In this document: positions 8,791 through 18,016 of the stretch, piece by piece | Layout: the number at the start of each line of letters is the position of its first letter | Position numbering within the stretch: the stretch's first letter is position 1 | Assembly (NCBI GenBank): GCA_038245295.1 | Contig: JBBRSP010000001.1 | Span: 64,001-128,000 of the forward strand | DNA length: 64,000 nucleotides | Direction: 5' to 3' | Source of the DNA: Candidatus Binatia bacterium | GTDB taxonomy: Bacteria > Desulfobacterota > Binatia > HRBIN30 | Translations under genes and position numbers: made by a program | The notes under the pieces: generated by a model | What the model was told of the DNA's origin: nothing | The model's input: the letters and a program-made list of their open reading frames with translations, nothing else | The model's database searches: none

Positions 8791-11226
8791 CTACGAGGCC
8801 GCGGGCAACTTGAGCACGGTGGGCTTGTCGAAGCGCAGGAATGACCAGTCGGAAGTACCGGCAGGACGGATGAACAATCGTGCGCCGACGTCGGCGGCAG
8901 CGAGAAAACGCGCCTTGGCGGTGATCGTGTGGGCTCCTGCGGTAAGAGTAATGGCCCCGTCATACGCGTGCCCGTCGAGAGTCCACGCAAATTCTGCCTG
9001 ACGTGACTCGGCAAAAAACTCGTAAGAGCCGGTCTCGTTCAGAGTGAACGTCCCATCCCATTCGACTCGGCAGTTATAGGCGCCGACACTGCCGATCCAC
9101 ATGCATTTGTCCGGTACGAATGCCCAACTCATCGCCGGCTCGAGGCGGGACAGGAAGGGGACCGGTTCATTGTTGCGGAAGTAGAGCGCCTTCAGGCCGC
9201 TGGTGGGCGCTTGCGCCGGAGGCAGAGAGTGAACGACGCAAGCGGCGTAGTCGAGATGCGGCAGGCCTTCCGGGTGACGCACCATCCGACATTGGGCGCC
9301 CGGAATCTTCTCTTGCAGCAGACTTTCGAGCTGTTCGATCTCAAACGGCTTCTGGATCAGCACATGCAGCTCGTGACCATCCGCCCGCTTGTCTGCTCCC
9401 GCGAGGAGTGGCACGACGTCCGTGGTGACAACGCCGGCGTTCCGCGTCGTGCGCCACCACGCGAAGTCATTCGGCAGCATTAGATTGCTGATGTCGCTCA
9501 CTGCCAGCATGTACGAATTGTCGGGCATCGCGTTGTAGTAGGCGATTCCCGACGTGTACGCGTTGCGGAAGACGTCTCGCACGGCGCGGCTGGTGATGGT
9601 GCGGTTGAAGAACGCATCGTAGTTGGACGCGAACGCCGCGCCGCCGACGACCAAGGCTAGCAGCGGCAGCACCCAGACGGCAACCTTGCCGAAGATCGAA
9701 CGCGCCACCGCGTCAAAGCGATCGGTCGCAAACGCGATGAGGACGAAAAGCAACGGGACAATTACTTGCAGTCGACAGACCACCAGCGTCTGCGTCAGCG
9801 TCGAACCAGCGATGAGCAACAGCAGGAAGGTGAAGGCGAAGTAACCCTGCAGACGGTGGCGCCACCAGAGGACACAGTAGAAGATCGCGATCGTGAACAG
9901 CACCCCGGTGATGGGGTCCAACATCGGCTCCAGGGGCAGGTTGTACGACTGGATGGAGTCGCCAACGTGGTTGAAGATTTTGGCCGTCTCGATCTGCCGC
10001 TCCCAGCGCAAGCGCAGCCACGAGCTCCACTCCGAGGTGTAGTAGCCCTTGTTCAGGTACGAACGCTGGTAGGCCTCCATGAAGTAGGCAGGATTGCTGC
10101 GCAGCCGATCGACAAGGATCACTAGCGGCCCGCTGAGTGCGGCGGCAGCGATGGTCATACCCATCGCTTGGATGACGACGTGCCGTCGCGCGACGACGCG
10201 TTCCTCATCCGCCGTGGCATTCCACCAGCGCCGCACGGCAACCAGGAAGCGACTGGCCAGGAAGATTCCGACGACCAAGCCAGTGGCGCGATAACCGGCG
10301 TAGGCATAGAGCGTGTAGCCGGTCCAGAAACCGATCAGCGGATAGAGCGCCAGACCGCCACGTTTGCTCTGGCGGACGCACAGCGCCCACAGGATGACGA
10401 CGATCAGTGTTGTCGGGAAAACGGCATGAGCATTCCGCGCGTAGTTCAGATGCCAGCGTGCCATGGCGAGCAGCAGCGTGCCGAACGCGGCAGCCGGCCA
10501 GGAGACGACCTGTCGGGCAATGAAATAGGTTGCCAGCACGGTCAGGCCGCTGACGATCATGAACGGTATGCGCAATGCTTCGGTGGTGGGCCCCATCCAC
10601 TTGAAGAACGGCACCGGCATCCAACGATCCAACATGAATTCCCAGGGACGTGCATTGTTCATCACGATATCCCAGGCACCCATCCCGGATTGCGGCTCTT
10701 CGATCGCGAAAAACCCATCCGCCGGCGGGAAGTAGTCGAAACGGTAGAAACGCAGGAAGAACCCAAAGGCGACGATGGCGCAAACAGCCAAGACTTCGGT
10801 GCGGCTGATCTGTGGCCGCTGGTGGGGCAGACGCCAAGGGCGATCGAGAAGCGCCAAGCCCCAGCTGCAGCTGAAGATGGATCCCGCGGCCAGCGGCGCC
10901 GCCCAGAGGAACTCAAGGTTCCAGCTGCGGAAAAGCCAGTAACAGGCGTAGACGTAGGCCGCGGCGCTCACGCAAGCGAGCAACAGACCGAAGATCCGCC
11001 GCGCGCCCCATTTTTCGGGGGCCGGGTAGATCAATGCCGGCGAAGCTGTCGGCTCCGGTGGCCCCAGAAGAATGGCGACGAGCAGGGAGCCGAGGACCAG
11101 GGCGGTCGTCGAGACCGGCCAATTGATCTGCTGGGCGACGTACCATTGGCCGACGCCAGCGGTTGCCAACCCGGCAAAAATACCAGCGACGCGCCATGGA
11201 GCAATCTTGGATGCTGCTTCTGTCAT
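8791..11226 (-). CDS. GT-C (PMT_2/ArnT-like) membrane glycosyltransferase with C-terminal PA14-like domain
   Basis: Many TM helices; LRFYRFDYFPP..AIEEP loop; ALRIP; WHLNYAR; C-terminal GLKALYF...VEWDGTFTLNETGSYEF. Confidence 0.75.
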   Translation of the reverse strand: MTEAASKIAPWRVAGIFAGLATAGVGQWYVAQQINWPVSTTALVLGSLLVAILLGPPEPTASPALIYPAPEKWGARRIFGLLLACVSAAAYVYACYWLFRSWNLEFLWAAPLAAGSIFSCSWGLALLDRPWRLPHQRPQISRTEVLAVCAIVAFGFFLRFYRFDYFPPADGFFAIEEPQSGMGAWDIVMNNARPWEFMLDRWMPVPFFKWMGPTTEALRIPFMIVSGLTVLATYFIARQVVSWPAAAFGTLLLAMARWHLNYARNAHAVFPTTLIVVILWALCVRQSKRGGLALYPLIGFWTGYTLYAYAGYRATGLVVGIFLASRFLVAVRRWWNATADEERVVARRHVVIQAMGMTIAAAALSGPLVILVDRLRSNPAYFMEAYQRSYLNKGYYTSEWSSWLRLRWERQIETAKIFNHVGDSIQSYNLPLEPMLDPITGVLFTIAIFYCVLWWRHRLQGYFAFTFLLLLIAGSTLTQTLVVCRLQVIVPLLFVLIAFATDRFDAVARSIFGKVAVWVLPLLALVVGGAAFASNYDAFFNRTITSRAVRDVFRNAYTSGIAYYNAMPDNSYMLAVSDISNLMLPNDFAWWRTTRNAGVVTTDVVPLLAGADKRADGHELHVLIQKPFEIEQLESLLQEKIPGAQCRMVRHPEGLPHLDYAACVVHSLPPAQAPTSGLKALYFRNNEPVPFLSRLEPAMSWAFVPDKCMWIGSVGAYNCRVEWDGTFTLNETGSYEFFAESRQAEFAWTLDGHAYDGAITLTAGAHTITAKARFLAAADVGARLFIRPAGTSDWSFLRFDKPTVLKLPAAS

Positions 11227-12215
11227 GGGCGGTTAGGTCGCAAGATCACCAGGCCATTGTCGCTCGGTAGAAGCGGGGCCACCACGGCGAAGGCCGCGAG
11301 GGCCAATCCGGTGACGGTCTGCTTGAGGCGGCCGGCGACGGTCCGTTCGCCATCCATGCGAGCCCGGTGCAGGCTGCCGCGCCAGGATAATGCCCGTTGC
11401 GGTTTCATTAAAACGACCTCGAATCCAGCGGCTCGCGCCAGGGCGGTCAGACTGTGGGGCGAATAGTAATAGAGGTGCGGAAACGGGTAGTGCACCTGAA
11501 ACATGCGCTCGAGAGGCCCGTGTGCGCCGAGTCGGTTTAGCGCCCGCGCCAGCTTGAAGACGAAACCGTTTGCCATGGGCAGCGCCATGACGACGACACC
11601 GCGTTCGGTCAAATGTTGCCGCACGCTGCGCAGGATACCGATTGGATTGGCGAGATGCTCAAACACATCGTTGAACGAGATGATCTCGAAGCTCGGCCAA
11701 TCGGCTGGCAAATCTTGGGGGAAGAACCCCGGGGTTACACGCACCCCGACTTGCGACGCGCGGGCTGCAATCTGGTCGTAGAAAAACGCGTCGGGCTCTA
11801 TGCCGTAACTCTCGTACATGGCCTCCGCGGCCATGGTAATGAACCAGCCGTTCGAGCAACCTACGTCGAGCAGTCGTCGTGGTGTTTCAGGAAACAGCTC
11901 GTTGAGACGCTGCAACGCCTGCAGGTAATTGTCCCGTCTCAACGTCGCTAGAGCTCCGTCGAACTGACTGCGATCAAGGATCAAATCGGCGACGTTTCGC
12001 GGTGCCCCGTGCAAGGCGAACAGTCCACAGGTGGGGCACTCGACAGCCTCGTAGCCTGCCAGATTGCCGAGCGAACTCGGGGAGCCTGGAGCGCCGCATG
12101 GACAGGGCAGTGTTTGGCTAGTTTGTGATGTCACAGATGACTCGGGCGGGTTGCTGACGGCAGCCACTGGCAATCGCGTTTCGACCCATTTCTGCAAGCC
12201 GCCAGCGTCTAACAT
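11223..12215 (-). CDS. Class I SAM-dependent methyltransferase with Zn-ribbon (glycan-locus type)
   Basis: CPCG...CPTCGL; LLDVGCSNGWF; DVFEHL; PHLYYYS; ATGA overlap with the GT-C gene. Confidence 0.85.
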   Translation of the reverse strand: MLDAGGLQKWVETRLPVAAVSNPPESSVTSQTSQTLPCPCGAPGSPSSLGNLAGYEAVECPTCGLFALHGAPRNVADLILDRSQFDGALATLRRDNYLQALQRLNELFPETPRRLLDVGCSNGWFITMAAEAMYESYGIEPDAFFYDQIAARASQVGVRVTPGFFPQDLPADWPSFEIISFNDVFEHLANPIGILRSVRQHLTERGVVVMALPMANGFVFKLARALNRLGAHGPLERMFQVHYPFPHLYYYSPHSLTALARAAGFEVVLMKPQRALSWRGSLHRARMDGERTVAGRLKQTVTGLALAAFAVVAPLLPSDNGLVILRPNRP

Positions 12216-12301
12216 GGGCCTCCCGTAGCGGCAAGTTGTGCGGATCGTTCACCTTTCAGCACGAGCGAACTCGCCTGGGCCAATTCCGGCGGCCACCCCG
12301 A

Positions 12302-15300
12302 TCATGGTGTGACGGCGTTGAACCATGTGCCGGTGTTCCTCCGCGCCGACGCCGTGTAGCTCGCTTCCCAGCAGGGTGGTCCATCGCTCTTCTGCAATTG
12401 AACGATGACCGCCGGTGCTTGATTTAGGAATTGTGTTGGGCTGAGCGGCACCGGCAGCGGTAACGCCAGCCCCTTGCCGACCATGATGATCGATGCCTTG
12501 CCCGCGACACCGCTGTACAGTCGCGTCCGCAGGATCCCATCGGCTGCCTTGAGGCGATCGAGATAGCGGAATCCCGTCAATCTGGATGTCGCCCCGCATG
12601 CCTTTGTGCCGCAGATCCGCGCCGCCGGGACGAAGAATTGCCCGACCAACAATGGCGCCGGCGCATCATCATAGATGCATAACGTGTATCCGGTCGATTC
12701 AAGCGGATTGCCGAATTCAGCGGTGTCCGTCGTGGCCCCACGGGTCCATTTCCATGTCATGGAGTTGCGGGTCGGGAGCGTGGCGTACTTGAGAGAAAAA
12801 GACGACTTGAGTGAAACCCGACATCCGACGATCGGTTCAGGTGGACATCGGAATGGAGTGCCGGTTGGGCTTGGGGTTTGGGTAGGCAATGGTGGTTCTA
12901 TCTCCGTGACCGTGCCCGATGGACTCGCTGTGTGGGTGGGGCTGGGTGTTGCGGTATGGGTGCGTGTCGCTGTCGTGGTTGCGGTAACGGTCGGCGTCCG
13001 CGTTGCCGCTCCTGTAGAGGTTGGCGTCGCCGAAATTGTGAAGGTGGGTGTCGGTGTTGCCGGGGCTGCCTGCCCGCTGCCGGCGGAAAAGTGGGCGATA
13101 ATTCGTTCGGCCGACAAAGCTTGTCCGTAGAAGGCGATCTCGTCTAGCTGGCCGAAACCATTGCTCCAGCCACCGCCAGCAGCGTAACCCATCTGCCAAT
13201 GATCGCCCGCGGCCAGCGTGGTCACAGGCAATGGGGTGCCCTCCTCGACACCATTTACAAACAAGCGCACGAACCCGCCGTTGGCGGCTGTACCGACGAG
13301 ATGGTAGGTCTGGCCGGGTGTAACCGTCCTCGAGCTGGTCACGATGAGTTCGGCTGTGGAGGTCAGGAATACGCGATGCTGGAAGCGCGCTTCGCTTCCG
13401 AACCGCTGGACCGTCAACTCCTGGACGTAGTTTCCGCCAGCATTCACACGCAACACGACAACTCGCGGAGCCATCGTTCCCGAGTCTGTTCCGCTCGGCT
13501 TGAACCACGCTTCTATCGTATAGGCAGCGGTGTCTGCCGTCTGGGGTGCGATGACGGCACCATTCGCTCCATCGACCGAGATCGATTTGTCGCTCGTCGA
13601 GGTCAACAGGGATGGGAGACCCTTCCCGACGCCGGACCCGGAGTAGGCGGCGTGGAATCCACCGCCGCTCGAATCGAAGGCTATGGCACCCGACAGTTCC
13701 CCCAGATGGTAATAGCCTGTCGGGGAATCCGAGAGGACGGTTGCTGCGTAGTTCGGCCCCGCATAGGGTGTCGGCGTTGCAGTTGGTGTGTGGGTGCCGT
13801 CACGCGTCGGCGTCGGTTGCGGGTTCGGGAAGGTCAACTTCTCAAAGGGTGTCTTGTAGATCAGCAGGCGCGACCAGTCTGTATCGTAGAGGTAGAGGTT
13901 TCCTTCGCTATCGAAGAACGGGCTCCCCGACGCGAAGCCGGTGAAGTCGCCAAGCGCCAGTTGTGGCAGGGTGCTCGCCAGAGGCGCCGTGAAGAGCAAC
14001 GGGTACCTGGTGGCGGCATACGGGTTATTCGGCAGAATCATGTATCCTTGGGGCGAGAAGGCCGGTTTGAGCGGGCTGATCAACGGATCTTGACTCGCGG
14101 CGGTTCCTTGCGTCGTGAAGCTTCCGCCTGTGCCGTAGACTCGGGTCGCATTGGGCGCGACCAGAGCCAATGTCCCCGTCGATGCCGGAAATGCACTCGC
14201 GTCGAACTCCAATAGCCGATGAGTCGATCCACCCTCACCACCATTGTCGGAGACGAAGAGATTGCCGCTCGCGTCGAGCGAGACATAGTAAGGTACGCAA
14301 AGGGTATTCGCCGTGGGCGCAGAATCGTGACCGTTGCAACCGGAGGACGTTGGCGACGGTTGGCCAAGAATGACGTCGACGTAAGCGCCCGTCGATACGT
14401 TGCGCAGACCCTTGAGATTGACGACACGATAAACGCGGCTGTTTGTCGAGTCGGCAATCCAGACCTCGTCACCGTTTGGAGTCGCGGCGAAGTCGATAAA
14501 GTCAGCCCCTGCCGTGGTCATGAGTGTGCCCGGGAACCCGAGCACTGGATAGCCGGTGAAACCGGCGGCGGCATTCAAACCGATCGTGCGCGCCGGCTTG
14601 CACCCGCCACCCATACAATTGCCGAGCTGGCTGCTGAACACGAGAATCTCGTCCTTGGGGTTTTGCGTGTGCATGACCCACAGTTCGGTCCCGACGATTT
14701 GTGGAAACGCGAAGTAGTTCTGGAACGTTGCCGTGTACAAGTCGGTCTCGCCGAGGACGTCATCCGCTGCCATGTGCGTGGTCGCAAACGCCAGATCGAA
14801 GCCGTTCCAAATTAGAAGCCGATGCCCATCGGCGACGACTAGTTGATCGCCGTACAGGGCACCGCCAAATCCAAAACGAAGATCGTCGGGGCCGATGCCG
14901 GCTCGAGTCTTCGGGAAGACCTGCTGTGCACTCTGTAGCTGTGAACTGGGGCTCTGGCCGAACAGAGAGCGGCGGAACCGCAGCAGCTGGCCGGTATTCC
15001 CAGCCCATTTGTCCAAAGCCAGGAGGTCACCGCTCGGATCCGTCCCACTGCCGTATAGGACAGGCACCTGGGTGGTCGAGAGCTTGGTCAGAGAAGGGCT
15101 ATCGAGATCGAAACGATCCAAATAGAAGCAGTCATTGCCAACCCACAATGCATGACTCACGGAATCGATGAACAGCTCTTGGGAACGCGTGTAGTGTCCG
15201 CCGATGTCGCATGTGAGGTTGATCGGCAAAGCTCGGGCTGCGCTCATACCGGTTGTGAATCCGGGCCTGAACTCCAGTACGCGCGAGACCCCCGAAAAAT

Positions 15301-16600
15301 CAGAGTCCGTGACATACAACCATCCGGTTTGCGAATCGAAAGTGACATCCGAAGGGAACGCCATTTTGTCGAGTGCTCGGGCCGTGCTCCCTTGCGACGT
15401 CGTGGTGCAATTCGGCTGACCGAGCACGACGTCCGCCGTTTGCTGAATGATGCCACCAATCCTGGGGAATCGAAGGACGCGAGCGTTGCCGGAGTCGGCA
15501 ACCCACATACTCCCAGAGTTGTCGAAGGCGAGCCCGCCGACGGTTTCGAAATGCAAGGATTGGCAGGTGGCGCTGGCGCCGCGGTTCGCCTGGTTCGCCG
15601 AATAGTCGGCTTGGCCCCAGACCGCATCGGCGGTGGAGTCGGTATTGAATGGGTCGTCGAACCTGAGGACGCGATTGTTGTAGAGATCCGTGACGTACAG
15701 AGCGCCTGCCGCGTCGACCTCCAAATTGGCCGCCATCACGGTTTCACCGATACTCACCTGGGTTGGCGGGATCAGGCAGAGACTCGTGTTCGATGCTGGG
15801 GCACGCGACGGTAGCAGCTGAGCTGTACCGTCGCCGTTGCAAGCGGAAACGTCCACCGCGCTGGGCTGACCGATGACCTTTTGGATCTGGATTTCGGCAT
15901 CTGGAGTACAAGCGCCGCCACCACAGTCTGAATCCGACATGCACGTCGTACCACTCACGGTGCCACCAGTGCAGTTTCCGATGTGATCGAATGCGATGAT
16001 TCGATTGTTGTTGGTATCGGCGATGTAGAGGCGGGTTGGCTGACCGGCGCGCGTGTCAAAAGCCAAGCCCCCGGGCCATTGCATGACAGCTGCGGTCGTT
16101 TTGGCATAGGCGTTTTGGCCAAAATCCGGCTGGCCAAGAACAATGTCGGCCCAAAGATCGCCGCTGCTACCGCGTTGCGGGCCGTTGTCGAGCTGCGCCG
16201 TTATGCAGTCGGATACGGGGTCGTTTCCGGACGGTCGGTCGGCGACGACCCTGTAATAGTAGGTTGTACCGGGCGCGAGGCTCGACGACGTACCGAAGCG
16301 GGCTCTATCTGTAGGCAGCTTGCCCGTGTCGCCGTAAGCGTTGGTGGCGCTAGACACATTGTATGTCGTAAACGTCGTGAAGGCCGACGAGGTGCTACGT
16401 TGAATTTGATATTGAGAGATGCCGGCTTGCGGTGCCCAACTTAGCGCGATTTCGATTGTCGTCGACCCGATGTGACGCAAGGCGAAGCTACCCGCGCCGC
16501 AAATTGCGCTCGCCGGCGCAGCAACGGAACCGGCGGCGATGCCGGCAGCCACGACTGCCATCGTCCACGCCTTTCGGATACCCCTCTCGCACCATCGCAT
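12302..16600 (-). CDS. Giant secreted/surface protein: FN3-like, NHL repeats, LamG, Thr/Pro linkers, C-terminal domain
   Basis: Signal-like N-terminus; YYYRVVA (FN3); repeated ADxVLGQPDF and YIADTNNNR (NHL); YTIEAWFK, LFVNGV, GQLDEIAFYGQALS (LamG); TPTPT-rich linkers. Confidence 0.85.
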   Translation of the reverse strand: MRWCERGIRKAWTMAVVAAGIAAGSVAAPASAICGAGSFALRHIGSTTIEIALSWAPQAGISQYQIQRSTSSAFTTFTTYNVSSATNAYGDTGKLPTDRARFGTSSSLAPGTTYYYRVVADRPSGNDPVSDCITAQLDNGPQRGSSGDLWADIVLGQPDFGQNAYAKTTAAVMQWPGGLAFDTRAGQPTRLYIADTNNNRIIAFDHIGNCTGGTVSGTTCMSDSDCGGGACTPDAEIQIQKVIGQPSAVDVSACNGDGTAQLLPSRAPASNTSLCLIPPTQVSIGETVMAANLEVDAAGALYVTDLYNNRVLRFDDPFNTDSTADAVWGQADYSANQANRGASATCQSLHFETVGGLAFDNSGSMWVADSGNARVLRFPRIGGIIQQTADVVLGQPNCTTTSQGSTARALDKMAFPSDVTFDSQTGWLYVTDSDFSGVSRVLEFRPGFTTGMSAARALPINLTCDIGGHYTRSQELFIDSVSHALWVGNDCFYLDRFDLDSPSLTKLSTTQVPVLYGSGTDPSGDLLALDKWAGNTGQLLRFRRSLFGQSPSSQLQSAQQVFPKTRAGIGPDDLRFGFGGALYGDQLVVADGHRLLIWNGFDLAFATTHMAADDVLGETDLYTATFQNYFAFPQIVGTELWVMHTQNPKDEILVFSSQLGNCMGGGCKPARTIGLNAAAGFTGYPVLGFPGTLMTTAGADFIDFAATPNGDEVWIADSTNSRVYRVVNLKGLRNVSTGAYVDVILGQPSPTSSGCNGHDSAPTANTLCVPYYVSLDASGNLFVSDNGGEGGSTHRLLEFDASAFPASTGTLALVAPNATRVYGTGGSFTTQGTAASQDPLISPLKPAFSPQGYMILPNNPYAATRYPLLFTAPLASTLPQLALGDFTGFASGSPFFDSEGNLYLYDTDWSRLLIYKTPFEKLTFPNPQPTPTRDGTHTPTATPTPYAGPNYAATVLSDSPTGYYHLGELSGAIAFDSSGGGFHAAYSGSGVGKGLPSLLTSTSDKSISVDGANGAVIAPQTADTAAYTIEAWFKPSGTDSGTMAPRVVVLRVNAGGNYVQELTVQRFGSEARFQHRVFLTSTAELIVTSSRTVTPGQTYHLVGTAANGGFVRLFVNGVEEGTPLPVTTLAAGDHWQMGYAAGGGWSNGFGQLDEIAFYGQALSAERIIAHFSAGSGQAAPATPTPTFTISATPTSTGAATRTPTVTATTTATRTHTATPSPTHTASPSGTVTEIEPPLPTQTPSPTGTPFRCPPEPIVGCRVSLKSSFSLKYATLPTRNSMTWKWTRGATTDTAEFGNPLESTGYTLCIYDDAPAPLLVGQFFVPAARICGTKACGATSRLTGFRYLDRLKAADGILRTRLYSGVAGKASIIMVGKGLALPLPVPLSPTQFLNQAPAVIVQLQKSDGPPCWEASYTASARRNTGTWFNAVTP

Positions 16601-16718
16601 CCGCTTTTGCCCCCGCCTCTTGACCGCATCCGGCTGACGTGTCGGGGAATCTCGCCGATCGTTTGGTGGTAGTCAAGGAAACTCGTACCCACGAACTCCT
16701 ATGCTCGCGATCTCGGCT

Positions 16719-17894
16719 TCAACCGCGTTCCAGCGCCGCGACGCATTCCACGTGTTCGGTCTGCGGCAAGAGGTCGAACGGCAGGAGGTTCGCGGTGCGG
16801 TAGCCGTGCTGGGCGAACCAATCGAGATCGCGCGCCAGGGTGGTGGGATCACAGGAGACGTAGGCGATACGTTTGGGCTCGGCCCGCAGGATCGCTTCGC
16901 GGGTGCGCTCGTCGGCGCCTTTGCGTGGTGGATTGAGGGTGATGATGTCGACGCTGCCGAGCAGGTCGAGCAACTTCGGTAACTCTACGCCGACGTCGCC
17001 GCAATAGAAACGCACATTGTGGAAGCCGTTGAGCTTGGTGTTGCGTTTGGCGTCTTGCACCGCCACCGGCGAGGCTTCGATGGCGAAGACGCGCTTCGCG
17101 GTGATGGCCAGCTGGAAACTCAGACCGCCGACACCGCAGTAGAGGTCGATCGCCGCCGACTCGGCGTCGGGCGCCGCCCACTTCGCCGCCGTCTCGTACA
17201 GGCGTCGTGCGACCGGCACATTGGCCTGCAGGAAGGCGCCGGGGTTGGTGATGAACTTGAACGAGCCGACACGTTCGGTGAGCGTCGGCTCGCCGGCAAG
17301 CTGAACATACTCCCTGCCAAGGATGACGTTGCCTGGATCGTCGTTGATGTTCTGCACGACGCCGGTGACGCGCGGCAAGGCGGCGATGGCGCGTGCGAGT
17401 TGGCGTCCCTGCGGGATCGTGCGTTCGGCCGAGACGAGAATGACCTGCACCGACTTCGACCACGTGGCGGCGCGCACCACCACATAACGTAACCAGCCGT
17501 GGCGCGTGCGCTCGTCGTAGGCCAGCACCTTGTGGTCATCGAGCACCGCGCCGAGACGGGTCAGTACGTCGCGGATCAGGGGATGATGCACGGGGCACTC
17601 GCTGATGTCGCTCACCTGATGTGTGCCGGGTCGGTAGATGCCCAGCAATAGGTTGCGTCCGGCTCGCCGCACGACGAGTTTGGCCTGATTGCGATAGCCG
17701 AACGAATGCGGCGCGCCGACCACCTCCGGGATCTCGACATGGCGCAGAGACTCGTAGGCGCCGAAGGCGTCAACGACGCGCTGCTGCTTGAAGGCCATCT
17801 GCTCACGGTATGGCTTGCCGATCAGCGGACAACCGAAACAGCGCGGGTAGTGGGCGCAGGGTAGGGCGTTGGTAGCTGGTGTTGGAGGGCTCAT
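16719..17894 (-). CDS. rlmD: 23S rRNA m5U methyltransferase, RlmD/RlmC family, no TRAM domain
   Basis: CAHYPRCFGC Fe-S motif, YRNQAK, FLQAN, DLYCGVG, NPPRKG, YVSCDP, PQTEHVE. Confidence 0.8.
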   Translation of the reverse strand: MSPPTPATNALPCAHYPRCFGCPLIGKPYREQMAFKQQRVVDAFGAYESLRHVEIPEVVGAPHSFGYRNQAKLVVRRAGRNLLLGIYRPGTHQVSDISECPVHHPLIRDVLTRLGAVLDDHKVLAYDERTRHGWLRYVVVRAATWSKSVQVILVSAERTIPQGRQLARAIAALPRVTGVVQNINDDPGNVILGREYVQLAGEPTLTERVGSFKFITNPGAFLQANVPVARRLYETAAKWAAPDAESAAIDLYCGVGGLSFQLAITAKRVFAIEASPVAVQDAKRNTKLNGFHNVRFYCGDVGVELPKLLDLLGSVDIITLNPPRKGADERTREAILRAEPKRIAYVSCDPTTLARDLDWFAQHGYRTANLLPFDLLPQTEHVECVAALERG

Positions 17895-18016
17895 GGGGGC
17901 GTGTGCTTGTAAGTTGCTGATAGCACACGCGCAAGAAGTGCGGACCGTTGCCACGAATCAATCGACGCTGCTGCCGGTTGATTGCGTATCGGCGCCAACC
18001 CTGACAGCGTGCGCCG

